A program made the translations under genes and the position numbers. Positions 41,138 through 55,968 of a DNA stretch of 64,000 nt are shown here, piece by piece. The notes beneath the pieces are model-generated. The model did no database searches, was not told where the DNA came from, and was given only the letters and a program-made list of their open reading frames with translations. This DNA comes from Octopus vulgaris (lineage: Eukaryota), in assembly GCA_951406725.2 (NCBI GenBank), contig OX597826.1, positions 47,058,001 through 47,122,000 of the forward strand, read 5' to 3'. Each line of letters opens with the position of its first letter. Within the stretch, counting starts at the first letter, position 1.

Positions 41138-41687
41138 CATCGCTCAGTTAAAGAAAGTAGATGACAAAACTATTAAAAGAAATGGCCACCTTGAATCAAT
41201 ACCTATCTGTTTGCCATTGCTAATTGCTTTGCATATCCAAATGTTTTTTTTTTTGTTTTTATCATATTTGCTTCTTACTTTACAATTTTCTTATTCTGAT
41301 GTTTTGGTAAAGAATCTCAGTTTAAATTTTCTAAATGGTTCGCTTGGTATTTTAAATTTTCTCGGCAAAATCATTCATTTCATTTCTATCTTCGGGGTCA
41401 GAATCTATTAATTTTCCGGTTAACTAGTTAAAATATTCAAATGTAAACACTTAAATGTCAATCGAAGAGAACCACATATTTCTATTTGCAGATAAATTTC
41501 ACTCCCGTATCGGCTCAATTACAAACTACACACACACACACACACACACACACATTAGCACATATACACATATACACACATACAATCACACACATAGCAC
41601 ACGACTACATTCATATACGTGTACGTACGTATACATTTATCTATCTACCTCCCCCTCTCCCCCTCTCTCTCTGTCTCTCGCTCTCTT

Positions 41688-41737
41688 GACATATGTGTAT
41701 ATACAGGGTTAGATGTATAAATATATATATGTATATG

Positions 41738-41813
<76 letters not shown>

Positions 41814-41921
41814 CAGGCAGTGAGAGAGAGATAGAGTGAACGTATGTATTTACAAACTGCGATATATACACGTTCATTCTCTCTCTAGACATATGTGTAT
41901 ATACAGGGTGAGATGTATAAG

Positions 41922-41999
<78 letters not shown>

Positions 42000-42064
42000 T
42001 ATATGGATATATATCTATATATATATATATACATATATATATGCATGTATACATATATATATAT

Positions 42065-42095
<31 letters not shown>

Positions 42096-42160
42096 CACAG
42101 ACAGAAAGAGACATAGGGAGAGATAGAGTGAACGCATGTACTTACAAACTGCAATGTATT
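41688..42160. repeat. Local tandem duplication (41688-41866 and 41888-42160) with independently expanded microsatellites
   Basis: GACATATGTGTATATACAGGGT.AGATGTATAA and GAGAGATAGAGTGAACG.ATGTA.TTACAAACTGC each occur twice. Confidence 0.8.
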
Positions 42161-42773
42161 CGCAATATGTATGATAATTTGTGTAAAAGCTGAAGTTTCG
42201 TGAATCGTTCTTTCTGTATTTTACACTGCTAATAAAACAAACGATTGCAGTAGTATAACAGCGTGACAATATATAAGGAAAAATATTCATAATCACTTCA
42301 TATAATATGATTTGTTGCTAGCGTGTGCAAATTTCAGTGTTTATGTCCCCCTCCCCACTATAGATGCACTACGAGCAACAAATGTTTTAGCAATTCCATC
42401 AGAGTTTGAATTGTTAAGCGCAGAACTTGTTTTATTTGCATCTTTTTACGTGTAAAATTTAGATATTTTCATGCTTTCTTTATCAAAATTTAAGACACTT
42501 GTAAAACAACAGGATTTTTCGGTACCTGTGTCTAAAGATATAACTATAAAATTCACTATTCTTAAATGAGTATCTGCTGTGCTCTTCAAGTCCTAATCTT
42601 TGCATACATAGACTATCTACTTTCTAAGGGCACCGATTTTGTGACTATTCATACTTTGCATTCTAAAGATCAATCATGGGGCAAAATACCGATTATCAAT
42701 CCCCAAACCTTTGTATATGGAGCTTATCCTTTGTCGAAGAAACACTTATCATTACTGTTCATTATTACAATGA

Positions 42774-42972
42774 CAAGCGGTGGACTGGTAGAATCGTTAG
42801 CATGCCGGACAAGAAGTTTAGCAGCGTTTTATCAGTCTTTACGTTCTGAGTTCATATTTCGCTGGGGGCCGACTTTGCTATTCATCCTTTCAGGGTCGAT
42901 GAAATAAGTGCCAGTTGAACAATGTGGTCTGTATAATCGATTAATCCCCTCCCCCAAAATTTGAGGCCTTGT
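42774..42972 (+). mobile_element. SINE family A copy
   Basis: CTGGTAGAATCGTTAGCATGCCGGAC...TTCTGAGTTCATATT...TTCATCCTTTCAGGGTCGAT. Confidence 0.8.
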
Positions 42973-43149
42973 GACTATCATATAAAGGATTATTACAACG
43001 ACGAAAAGCGACTACTTGTCTTCCAAAAACAAACTTGTCTGGATTTATACCTTGAAGCCGAACCTTTTAGCTGCAATCTCATGGCCATTTATGAGCGAAT
43101 GTGGTCTGTACCTTTTACTGTATCCATTTGGTATCAATGGGGTAAGAAA

Positions 43150-43330
43150 TGTACATGAGAAATAAAAATGGTCGTCTGCGGACAATTGATGAAAAGCTTC
43201 AAAATATGCATCCAAAATACACCTTTAACTTTATACAAAAGATTGTTGGTGTAATAGAATATGTATCAACACATCTGGACGAAAGTAATAATAAATTTAG
43301 ATTCGTCGAGAAATAAAGTGTTTCCACAGT
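43150..43330 (+). mobile_element. Possible highly decayed RLE-type LINE C-terminus
   Basis: Frameshifted GQLMK/LQNMHPKYTFNFIQKIVGVIEYV resembles the Y..L...LQ..YP.Y.F.FIPI.VGALGYV ending of RLE LINEs. Confidence 0.35.
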
Positions 43331-43543
43331 TCATACGCTTCAGATGTTCAAATAAGAATTTTCATGGCCTCCTTAGGATTTAAATGGTGAATGGCTATCC
43401 AATGCTTGAGAGAACAACAATCTGTTTTAAAATATCCATTTTCTTCATAACCATACCATCGAACCTGGGAAAGTGTTTAAATGTTTTCTAAAACACCAAT
43501 CGTTGAGGAAATACAATCAAGCGGACACACACACACATACACA

Positions 43544-43640
<97 letters not shown>

Positions 43641-43784
43641 GCATTCATGCATAAATACATGCATCCTTGTAAACAAACATACTAACAAGCAAGCATAGAT
43701 AGATACATACAAACGTACCGATATATATATATATACATACATAATTCTATCTATTTATCTATCTGCATGCTTTTTTGGGCTGTA

Positions 43785-43909
<125 letters not shown>

Positions 43910-44000
43910 GTATGTGTGTGTAAGTGTATAGCTAGCTAGCTATACAGACATATATAAATATATAATACATACATGCATACATACATACATACATACATAT

Positions 44001-44055
<55 letters not shown>

Positions 44056-44859
44056 CAGGTGCTGCTATTAAGTTAGTCATGGCCAGGACCAATCTCTGAT
44101 CGAAACATATTTTGTATCATACATCAAATTCTGCCCACCTACTAATTCTTTCTGTCTTTCTGTTTTATTGAATTGTCTGTCACCCTTTCTTTCTTTTCTC
44201 ACTCTCTCTTTCTCTCTCTCTCTCTCTCTCACTTTTTTTTCTCTCTCTCTCTCTCTCTCACTTTTTTTTTTCTCTCTCTCTCTCTCTCTCCTTCACCTTC
44301 CCTCCATCGCTCCATTTTCACATTTCTGCGCGCACTCACACATACGTATACGCAGTCTTGCACTTCTCTCCCCCATCACTTTTTTCCTTCTCTCTTCTAT
44401 TTATTGACATCACTTCAGTCATTAAACTCATGCACACACATATATGCACATGTGCACACACTAAACTAACTCCTCCTCCTCCTCCTCTTCCTCTACTCCT
44501 TCTCGGTCTCTTTTAATTACATTTTATCTCACGTATGACTTATCTAATTCAAACTCAAACACGAGCACACTCATTCATACGCTCTCTTGTAAAACAACAA
44601 CAAAACAAGCACACGCTTACAGCTAATGATTACACGTAAATTTACATTCATATTGCCATCCTACGCATACACATATACAAACACACACAAACACGGGCGT
44701 GCGTGCGAGCACACACACAGAGCACAATATATTCTCATACGCTCACTCACGTTTATACACATGTACGGCAACCCACACACTCCTACGTATATATACTCAT
44801 TAGCCCCTCACATCCTCACATCCACACACACTTATTCAACCATACACATTGCAATACAT

Positions 44860-45350
44860 GCTCCTGTGGCCAAGTAGTAAGTGCATTCGGCTCACGATAG
44901 TTAAAATCGTGAGTTCGATATCTGGTGTCCTTCAGCAAGGCTCTTTACTACACGTTGCTCCAGTCAACTCAGCTATCACTAAAGAAGTTGTATATGTATT
45001 TTAAAGGGGCCAGCTTTGTCACATTCTGTATCACGCTGAATCTCCCTGGGAACTACGTTAAGGGCACGCGTGCTTGTGGAGTGCTCACCCACTTGCACGT
45101 TAATCTCACTAGCAGGCTGTTCAGTTGACCCGATGAACTGGGACACTAGCCGTCTCAACCGACAGAACGTCAGTTATTTCACATTGCTCCCAATCTACTC
45201 AGCTGGGAAAAGGGAGATATATCTGGAATTTCAAAGGGCCAGCCTCTTGTCTGTGGAGTACTCAACCACATTCGCCTTAATTTAACAAACAGGCTGTTCT
45301 ATTGATAGGATCAAATGAAACACTCGTCGTCGTAACCGACCGAGTACCAG
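44860..45350 (+). mobile_element. SINE family C with internally duplicated 3' half
   Basis: TTT.AA.GGG.CAGC...TGTGGAGT.CTCA.CCAC...CAGGCTGTTC occurs twice (about 45000-45165 and 45228-45350). Confidence 0.8.
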
Positions 45351-45494
45351 TTAGTTATTCGCTCATGCACATGCGCACATACTATTTTTTATGCACTCGC
45401 TCACACTCCTACACTTGTACGACAAGCCATACACTCACGCGAAGATATACTCGCAAGCTCTCGTGTTAACACACTTATTCACTCTCTCGTTTTC

Positions 45495-45860
45495 TTTTCT
45501 TCTCTTTTACATGTTTCAATCATTTGACTGCGGCCACGCTGGAGCACCGCATTTAGTCGAGCAAATCGACCCCAGGACTTATTCTTTGTAAGCCTAGTAC
45601 TTATTCTATCGGTCTCTTTTGCCGAACCACTAAGTGACGGGGACGTAAACATACCAGCATCGGTTGTCAAGCGATGTTGGGGGGACAAACATAGACACGC
45701 AAACACACACATACACACACACAGTTTCCGTCTACCAAATCCACTTACAAGGTTTTGGTCGGCCCGAGGCAACAGTAGAAGGCACTTACCCAAGGTGCCA
45801 CGCAGTGGGACTGAACCCGGAACCATGTGGCTGGTAAGCAAGCTACTTACCACACAGCCA
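45495..45860 (-). mobile_element. SINE family B
   Basis: Head TGGCTGTGTGGTAAGTAGCTTGCTTACCAGCCACATGGTTCCGGGTTCAGTCCC followed by a CORE-like CCTTGGGTAAGTG. Confidence 0.9.
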
Positions 45861-46667
45861 CAAACCCACACACTCTCACACGTTATCACTTCTATACATA
45901 TTCACTCGAGCACGCATGCACACATACACATACTTATATACACATTCATTTATTTATACCCATCCACACAAATTCTCACGCTCACGCATACATTTTCATT
46001 GGCTTAGAAATATACACGCTCATATTTACATATTCTCGCACACAGTTATTTATATGTTCACACATCCACACGCCGACACACGTACACGCAAACACAGTTT
46101 ACATATGCATATTCACGCACACGTATAAGCGACAAAGATACTTACACACTCAGACGCACGTCTTCTCATACACATGCGCATCGATGCCAAAACCTATATA
46201 CTCAAATACACATATATGCATTCTATCACACACAATCACACACAGAATCTCTCTCTCTTTCTCTCTCTCTGATACACACATATATACACACAGAGAAGTA
46301 CAAACATACACGTATATGTACACACACAAACACATACACGAACTCACCTACAGAAGCAGAAACAAACACGCTCTTAGAAACACACGCACAAACTTATACG
46401 TAAATGAAAGAAGAGCAGAAACATACACATATGAGCTTACACACAGACGTACATATACATTCATTGACGCACATACACACAAACCCAAACGCAGGCAGCG
46501 AATCACACACACAGGTACACAAAGAGAGAATATACACACAGACACGCATAAACTTACGTACTAAAGACAACAACTTATGGAAGACACAAAGTCACATACA
46601 GAAGGCTGCATGCACACGCGCACATAAACTTGCACTAAAAAGCACATATGTATACGCTGATGCATGT

Positions 46668-47068
46668 ATTCTTTTCTACTCTAGGCACAAGGCCCGAAAG
46701 TTTTGGGGAGGGGGCCAGTCAATTAGATCGACTCCAGTACGCAACTCGTACTTAATTTATCGACCCCGACAGAATTAAAAGGCAAAGTCGACCTCGGCGG
46801 AATTTGAACTCAGAACGTAAAGACAGACGAAATACTATTTCTTTACTACCCACAGGGGGCTAAACACAGAGAGGACAAACATGGACAGTCAAACGGATTA
46901 AGTCGAATATATCAACCCCAGTGCGTAACTGGTACTTATTTAATCAACCCCGAAAGGATGAAAGGCAAAGTCGACCTCGGCGGAATTTGAACTCAGAACG
47001 TAACGGCAGACGAAATACTGCTAAGCATTTCGCCCGGCGTGCTAACGTTTCTGCCAGCTCACCACCTT
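46668..47068 (-). mobile_element. Dimeric SINE A with 13-bp TSD
   Basis: Same dimer junction as 36054-36431; flanked by CGCTGATGCATGT and CGCAGATGCATAT. Confidence 0.9.
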
Positions 47069-47467
47069 CGCAGATGCATATGTTAACAAACTAAAACAGA
47101 GACATAGAAACACACACTCACACACACACACAGAAGAACATAAGCACTGAAGATTTCTCTTGAATGAAACAGTTCTAGTCCTGTAGAAGCTCCTTCTATA
47201 TAATAAATATATTTATATATATATATATATGTATAGAATGATAGATATATATATACACACACGGACGTCTACATACAATATTCTTTGTCTTTTGCTGACT
47301 TTCGTTTCCCAGAAATGCTGCCGTCTAAAACAACAGCATTCATTACATTGTTTTATTAGCAGAAAGCTTGCCAACTACGTCTCGAGGCTGTTCCCGGTTG
47401 CAACTAGTTTTAAAACACAATGTGTGTGGTATAGGAGAGGCAGGGCCTGCTACAACAACACTGAAAT

Positions 47468-47468
47468 G

Positions 47469-47536
<68 letters not shown>

Positions 47537-47543
47537 CACCACA

Positions 47544-47583
<40 letters not shown>

Positions 47584-47744
47584 ATACTACTACTACTACT
47601 GCTACTTTGGTTCTGCTGCTACCGCCGCTGCTGCTGCCACCACTGCTGCTGTTGCCGCCGCCGCCGCCGCCTCTGCTACTGCTGCTGCTACTACTACTAC
47701 TACCACCACCACCACCACCACCACCACCACCACCACCACCACCG

Positions 47745-47810
<66 letters not shown>

Positions 47811-47842
47811 ATAATAATAATAATAATAATGACAATAATAAT
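47468..47842. repeat. Compound trinucleotide microsatellite (ACT/ACC/GCT/GCC/AAT)
   Basis: Direct reading. Confidence 0.95.
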
Positions 47843-48766
47843 AAAACAAATATCTTTTGACTTAATGAGATGAAAACGAAATGTTTCCTTGTTTAATGAG
47901 ACAGCCAAAGTTTCGGTGTTTATTGCTCTTAGAGTCAGCTCTCCGTTTTCACTTGTCAAACAACTGACGAAAGTCGTGCAAAAAATTAACTCTGCCTGAG
48001 CTCTGATATATAATCTGTTCCGTTGGTAGCTTATAGAAGAGTACTAAAACTTGTCTAATATTTTTCTTTACGTGTCAACGAGAGACTCTCTACATTCGCT
48101 CAGAATGCTTGCAATCACTGCAGTATCTCCTGTAAATCGCAACCATAACGTCTGAGAAAGAGGGATATGTTATAGCAATAGGAACTGTAAAAGGGGAATG
48201 ATGAGGTCTTAAGTGCACAGTGACTGGGAACAAAGATGATCAGAGCACAGGTAGAATACATGCAGTTAACGGAGCGACATATGTTTAAACAAAAGATTTT
48301 CGTTTTAATATAACTTGAGACCCGTCTGTAGATTCGATATATGTCACTGACCACTAAGAACACTGTAGACTCAGACAAAATTATACTTTATTCTTATTGC
48401 TCTGTTGGTGACTAATAAACTCAGCTTTTGACAGACATACACGTCCGCAGATACTGTAGTCAAAACTTCATTCATTTCACAGTGCGTTTTCGAACAGTAC
48501 AATTACGTTGAGCAAGCAAAATGATTGATTGATTGATTCTAGTTTCAGCTTATGAGCTGTGGCCATGCTGGGGCACCGCCATGCATGTTCTTTTTTTTTA
48601 AATACCCACAGTTTCCTTTACTCGTTTTTTTTTTCTATCGGTGGATACTTCCCAATTGATTTTGCATATTCCAAATGCCTTCAAGGAAGGCTTTATGTTA
48701 TACATTCCTCAACCAGAGCCTTAGTTTCTGCTGAGGGCTCTTTCAGCAAATACGTTCACCATAAAG

Positions 48767-48844
<78 letters not shown>

Positions 48845-48931
48845 ACTATCTATCTATCTATCTATCTAACTATCTTGCTAGCTAGCTATATATATGTACG
48901 TATGTATGTATATATGCATATGTATATATGT

Positions 48932-48963
<32 letters not shown>

Positions 48964-49049
48964 CATACATGTATAGATATATCTATCTATCTATATATAT
49001 ATTTGTATATATATATATATATATATAAATATATATATGTATATATATA

Positions 49050-49114
<65 letters not shown>

Positions 49115-50298
49115 ACACACAAACATATATATTTATAGAGCATCAAAATAAGTGGTTGAGACTTTATAGAATAATAGTGGTTTTGATACCAAAGATAATA
49201 CCAGGGAAATATAATAAAATTTAAAGTATATTATTTATTTAAATTTTCTTGTTCCCTATGATAAACCTATTAATGAACACAAGCGTTGTTCATTCACATC
49301 TAAATATTTTTGTTTGAATACTTTGATACCATATGTAGCAAGAAATTGAAATGAATAACAATGGATCTCAACACGGTGGTCGCGAATAAATAACATATTA
49401 TTTTTATATCATAGAGAAATTGCAACTGTATACTATTATAGTGTAGAGATGTATTTGTACAACACAGGAAGTTTCTTAAGAAACTTTTAAAAATATCTCT
49501 AATCATTAAGATTAGATATGACAAACATTTTAAAGGTTAACCTGGAAAATATAACTCCACATTTGCTAACGCATCTTTTATAAAAAAAATTCATTTAGTA
49601 AATGTTTATTTGACAACGAAGGAAATTGAATTATAATTCAAAATATATTTCCGGTTTCTCTTCATTGTGTCTGCGGTTATAAAATAAAGCGGTCAGGAAT
49701 TTGGTAAACCATCTTCAATGGAAATGAAATAACATTCTTTGACTTCGTTTCCTGTCGAGCAGGAATGTTTTTTGTCAAGGCAAATGTTATTTTTCAACTT
49801 GCTTGTTTCATTACTGGATGTTGAACATTCGCGGAGAGGATCTGAAACAAAAATGTAACTCGCATTTAATAATATTGTAATTGGTAGCAATTAAAGACAA
49901 ATTACTAATCTTAAAGCTGAATTAGCAAGAAAAAAGGAACGTACATTATTAGCTAAAGGTCTACCAATACACGTGTCAGTGAGATTTCATCTAAGCTCCT
50001 GAACATATATTATTCTTAATGCTTCAGTCATTCTGATTGTGACAATAAGTGCCTTACCATAGAGTAGCACGTTATAACTTAGAAAGTTGGACACGTTCTA
50101 TTTCCGCTAAAAAAATTCTAATTATGGATATATTCAATTCGTAAACTGAATAGCTTTTAAATCAGAGCGGTGTGGAGTGGGGAAAATAAATTCTGGATAA
50201 CTGAGTCTAGTATTTGCTTCAGAGCTGATAAATAAGTAGGACTGGTACATAGGATGAGAAGCAGTCAGTTTGATAGGCATTCAAAAGCTTTACATTCA

Positions 50299-50395
<97 letters not shown>

Positions 50396-51068
50396 ACACA
50401 CACATACTCACACACGCACGCACACACGTACGCACACACTCACGCACACATACATACAAACATACATATATACATACATACATACATACATACATACATA
50501 CATACATGCATGCATACATACATAGCCACTGAGCTCAGCGACTACTACTAAATTCAGGCCACAACAGACAGAGAGGATGTTCTTGAAGCCGAGGATTTCA
50601 AACTTACAGGCACAATACTTACATATCGCTCGAGGAAACCCAACTAGGTCTCATAATACAGGGAAGCAATTGGAAAAATCAAGTACCTGCACTCCTGGTG
50701 AACTACATTGCTTGGAAACAATTGTAGTGATTAAAAAATAAATGATCAACCGTACCCCTTCTTGTGGATTCCATTTTTTTTCCAATTATATATATATCTA
50801 TATATATATAGTAGAAATATGTTACAAAAAGAAAATATAAATTACACGTGGAAATGTAAGGGTAAAATATGAAAAATCAACGAAAATGCACATTGCAAAT
50901 ATAAAAAAGGCTATTTGTGACAGGTAACGACAAATATATACATTTAGATTGACTGAGGTAGTAATAAGAGCCATAAAAGTCATTATTATGAGATGATTAT
51001 AAGATGATAATAAATTAAGAGAACAAAGCGAACCATGGTCTACGCAAAGTTATTCATCGCTTGAAAAA

Positions 51069-51122
<54 letters not shown>

Positions 51123-51561
51123 GTATGTATGTATGTATGTACGTATGTATGTATACATACATAAACATATGTACGCGTATACGCTTCGCTCAAATTTTGT
51201 AGTCAACACATGATGCAAATATGTAAGTATAACACTGTTTACTCCGACATTCAATGCTCAATTGATGATGTGCAGCATGATTGTCTTCACATACTGCAAA
51301 CTGCCTTCAGAGGCCTGTAAAGTACACGTGGTTAGGGTACGACAGTTGCTTCTTCTTCGTGCTTCTTAGAATATAGGTGCTTTAGCTACCAATTTGGCTG
51401 TGAGTTAGTGAAGTATCTTAAAATTTGAATTCGTATATAAGCGAATAATTTTTGCCTAATAAATGGTGAAACAATTGGATTTGTTTTCAGTATATCTTTA
51501 ATTTATAGCTAATTTATAGATTTGATTGTGAGATACATTTGTTAATTATACATGCCTATAT

Positions 51562-51712
51562 ATAGGTGCAGGAGTGGCTGTGTGGTGAGTAGCTAGCTTA
51601 CCAACCACATGGTTCCGAGGCTCCTTGAGCAAGTGTCTTCTGCTATAGCCTCGGGCCGACCAAAGCCTTGTGAGTGGATTTGGTAGGCGGAAACTGGAAG
51701 AAGCCCGTCGTA

Positions 51713-51755
<43 letters not shown>

Positions 51756-51970
51756 ATGTTTGTGTGTCTGTGTTTGTCCCCCCACCATTGCTTGACAACC
51801 GATGGTGGTGTGTTTACGTAAGTTAGCGGTTCAGCAGAAGAGACTCATAGAATAAGTACTAGACTTACAAAGAATAAGTCCTTGGGTCGATTTACTCGAC
51901 TAGAAGACGGTGCTCCAGCATGGCCGCAGTCAAATGACTGAAACATGTAAAAGAGTAAGAGTGAAAGAGT
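51562..51970 (+). mobile_element. SINE family B, near full length
   Basis: AGGTGCAGGAGTGGCTGTGTGGTGAGTAG... to ...CAGTCAAATGACTGAAAC..GTAAAAGAGT. Confidence 0.9.
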
Positions 51971-52591
51971 ATATTGTCAGAAACCTACTGTAAAATCATT
52001 ACGTACCAAAACTAAATAAATAGAAAGAAACTAAAAAAGATAAGAAAACAGAAAAGTTCATCACAAATCTATACGAAACAAACTTTGTTATCAGGCGTCG
52101 CTTTGTCCCCACAACACTTGGAATCCTCCGTGCTCATCTCTCGTTTGCTTATTACTGACTCTACAAGTTTATAGATTGTGAATTAAGCTATTTTACTATT
52201 TGCCTGAATAAAGCTAAGATTTCAAATAAAACTTTAAGATAGAAAAACACACGGTTCGAAATTTTGTTGCATAATAGACTTTGCCATATTGATGAACATA
52301 TGAAGTCTATAATACCTGACGTAAATTCTGCAGAAGTATCTATTTGTTAGGATGCGAGTCCGTTTACGATAAGAATGTATGTGATTCTATAACAGGCTAT
52401 CATGAAGAAAAATAGGATTATATATTTTAAATTTTATTTAGTATGCAAAATATTTGCAGAAATTTTCCTCGAAATATCGGTTTTGTGTGTTATTGTAAAT
52501 CGGGGAAAATTAATGTGATTTATCTGTAAAGATGTGTGTATGCTTATATACATAAATCTGTATTTCTATATGTGTATGTGTGTGTGTGTGC

Positions 52592-52647
<56 letters not shown>

Positions 52648-52788
52648 ATATATATATATATGTATACGTATATATGAATGTGTGTATATATATATATAAA
52701 AGTGTGCAAATATGTATATATATGTACGTATATATGCATGTATATATATATACATGTATATATATATATATATGTATACATATATATA

Positions 52789-52823
<35 letters not shown>

Positions 52824-52855
52824 GCATATACATATATATGTATACGTATATATGC

Positions 52856-52912
<57 letters not shown>

Positions 52913-53752
52913 AGAAGGGTAGACATAAAGATAGATATAGACATGTATGTATGTAAAGTATTTATGTAGAGACACTGCCATTAGCATGGCGTATAAACAT
53001 TCCTGACTATACACCAATGTTTGCCAATGCTACTTTTCGTATATTTTCTCTTCCTTTTTCTTCCCCGAAGATACGACTACGCTAATTATTTTCTTGCCTA
53101 CAGATTAGATTTGCTAAATTTATGTCCGATTTATCACGTTCCGGTGATTTAGGCCAGTGGAATTCCATGCTATTAAGAGATTGAACTAAGGAAAAGTTGT
53201 CAATTATCATTTCCGTTGAAATTAAAACAACAAAATCATTATTTCCTCGCTAAAACAAAAGGTTTAAATAACCTAACATAATCTCGAAAATGTGTTTACG
53301 TTTTGGTTCATCTGGGTAAATATATCAATCTGCTATACGCGCCATCGTTTAATTCCATGCACTACAGAGTCACGGCACAGTTTTTAAAATTACTTTTTGT
53401 TAAAAATGCTCCATTTCTTTTCTCCTCTCTCTCTCTCTCTCGCTCCTTCTCTCTCTCTCTCTCTCTCCCTTTATCTATCAATCCATCTTTCTCTTATTCT
53501 TTCCCCGTTTCTCTTCTTTTCTTTTTTGATCGAATATTCTCATATGATAACAATTCCTCGTCTGATTTACTCAGCGATGTGGTTTCTCTTCTTGTTCTAA
53601 TTCTTTTTTCGTTATATAAACGACATGAGTGTCTTCTCCAGTTGTCGTTCCCATATAATTTGAAAACTACTTTCTTTCTTTTCATTCATCGATCACAAAT
53701 CCGTTTCTTCTTGTAATTTAAAAATTAGAAAGTGATATAATAATAGTTACAA

Positions 53753-54132
53753 GTTTTGGCACGTGGTTAGTAATTTCCAGGAAAGGCAAAAGTCGATACA
53801 TCGATCCCAGTGCTCTTCTGGCACTTTATTTATCGACCCTGAAAATATAAAAACAAAGTCGACCTCGGTGGAATTTGGGTTCAGAACGTAAAAACGGAAG
53901 ACTAAGTGATATAATAATCCTTTCTACTATAAGCACAAGGCCTGAAATTTGGGGGAGATGGGATAGTCGATTTCATCGATCCCGGTGTTTCACTGGTACT
54001 TAATTTATCGACACCGAAAGGATGAAAGGCAAAGTCGATCTCGGTGGATTTTGAACTCAAAACGTCAAGGCGGACGAAATGCCACTTAGCATTTTACCTG
54101 GAGTGCTAAGGATTTTGCCAGCTCGACGTCTT
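53753..54132 (-). mobile_element. Two SINE A copies (53753-53901, 53919-54132) separated and flanked by the same 15-bp sequence
   Basis: AAGTGATATA[A/T]TAAT at 53730, 53904 and 54136. Confidence 0.85.
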
Positions 54133-54149
54133 AGTAAGTGATATATTAA

Positions 54150-54300
54150 TGAACGCAAAAGAAAGTTCGAGATCACACTAAGAGCCATCGCAAGCACCAT
54201 ATTTGGAAAATAGAAAGAGATAACAACAAGGATGTGCAAATAATATTTTAGATCCATTATTGACTGTGCCAGTCCCAAATCCTTTCACAAGAACCCAAAA
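54150..54300 (+). mobile_element. Possible decayed Penelope-like endonuclease remnant
   Basis: HIWKIERDNNKDVQIIFRSIIDCASP resembles the IW.LK.....I.WSII..A.P segment seen at 10425-10800. Confidence 0.3.
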
Positions 54301-54544
54301 CATATTATAAAAAGCATAAACAGTACAATACGAGTCCTTAAGAGGTTCGATTCAGAAAATGTCCACAGAATCCTTATACTATGTAACACATTACTAAAAA
54401 TGAAAGAACAATCTGATATGCCAGGGGTACAGTCTATGGCCGTGTCACTACATAAAACTCCTACATTCAAGCACGCCTTGAACACTATTAAAATATTTCT
54501 AATTCACACTATGATGGTTAGTCTCTCGTAGTCCGAAAAGACGG

Positions 54545-54817
54545 TTCAGCAATTTCTTGCTGTTCTACTAGCATAAATGGTTTGTTTATTGTGATCAACG
54601 CATGTGCTATACATTGGCTTACTCTCTCCATCAAATCGACTGAAAAAATTTCCCTGAAAAATGCATGGTGTACCACACGTCAGGTGTCTAAGTGAGCGCA
54701 GAGCAACGAGAGATGAAGCGTTTTGTTCAAGAACACAGCGCACCACCTGGTCCAGGAATTGAAATCACAATCTTGCGATCGTGAGTCCAATACCCTCACC
54801 ACTAGGCCATGCGTCCG
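54545..54817 (-). mobile_element. tRNA-derived SINE, family E (C/D-like head, different tail)
   Basis: Head GGACGCATGGCCTAGTGGTGAGGGTATTGGACTCACGATCGCAAGATTGTGATTTCAATTCC. Confidence 0.7.
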
Positions 54818-54879
54818 CAACCTGTTCAACCTATCCTGGCGCAAAAACCACACAAAAAAAAAGAAATAGCTGCGTGTGT

Positions 54880-54914
<35 letters not shown>

Positions 54915-54918
<4 letters not shown>

Positions 54919-55236
54919 CACGTGGCCTAGTGGTTAGGGGCATTCGGTTCATGATCGTAAGGTCGTGAGTTCAATTTCCGGCAGCGCGTTGTGTCTTTGA
55001 GCAAGACACTTTATTTAACGTTGCTCCAGTCCACTCAGTTGGCAAAAATGAGTAGTAGCTGTGTTTCAATGGGCCAATCTTTTCACACTCTGTGCCATGC
55101 TGAATCTCCCAGAGAACTACGTTAAGGGTACACGTGTTTGTGGAGTGCTCAGCCACTTGCACGTTAATTTCATGAGCAAGGTATTCTGTTGATCGTATCA
55201 GCTGGGACCCTCGTCGTCGCAACCGAAGGAGTGCTC
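54915..55236 (+). mobile_element. SINE family C
   Basis: GCACGTGGCCTAGTGGTTAGGG...GTGAGTTCAATTTCC head and family C body. Confidence 0.85.
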
Positions 55237-55611
55237 CTATATATATATGTATGTGCATATGCATCCTAATCCTCCAAAGAAGTTTTTCCATGGACTAATA
55301 TTGAACTCTAAAAACATAAAGACACTACAATGTATTGGTATACTTATTTATTAAATTTTGCATATATTTATTATTTTTTTGAAAAAAACATTGTAAATTT
55401 TTTTTCCCTTCCTCAATTTTAAAAAAAAATTTCCCCTTCCAAATCTTGAAAATTTGCCTTGCAATGAAAACTGGTTTGATTTCTTTTTTAATTTTTCATA
55501 CACACATTTTTATTAAAATTTACTATCAATTTAGCATTCTGCCTTATTATTTTTTCCTCTCCTATCATTTCTCCACGTGCGGTTAACACAACTCCACCAT
55601 TTACTGACATA

Positions 55612-55727
<116 letters not shown>

Positions 55728-55819
55728 GTATGTATATATGCATGTATGTATGTGCGTGTATGTGCGCGCGTGTGTGCATGTGTGTGTGTGTGTGTGCGTA
55801 TACGCATTGGACCTCCACG

Positions 55820-55968
55820 CAGTTTCTGTTTACCCATTTTTTGTCTATAAGCACAAGGTCGGCACTGTTAGAGTATAGTAGAAACACATGACCAAGATGC
55901 TGTAGCGTGGGACTGAACCCAAAATGTAGCAGTCAAGCGAATTTCTTCACCACACATCTGCGCCTGCG
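55820..55968 (-). mobile_element. Diverged SINE B head
   Basis: TATAGTAGAAACAC...GTGGGACTGAACCC...CACCACAC...GCGCCT. Confidence 0.6.
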
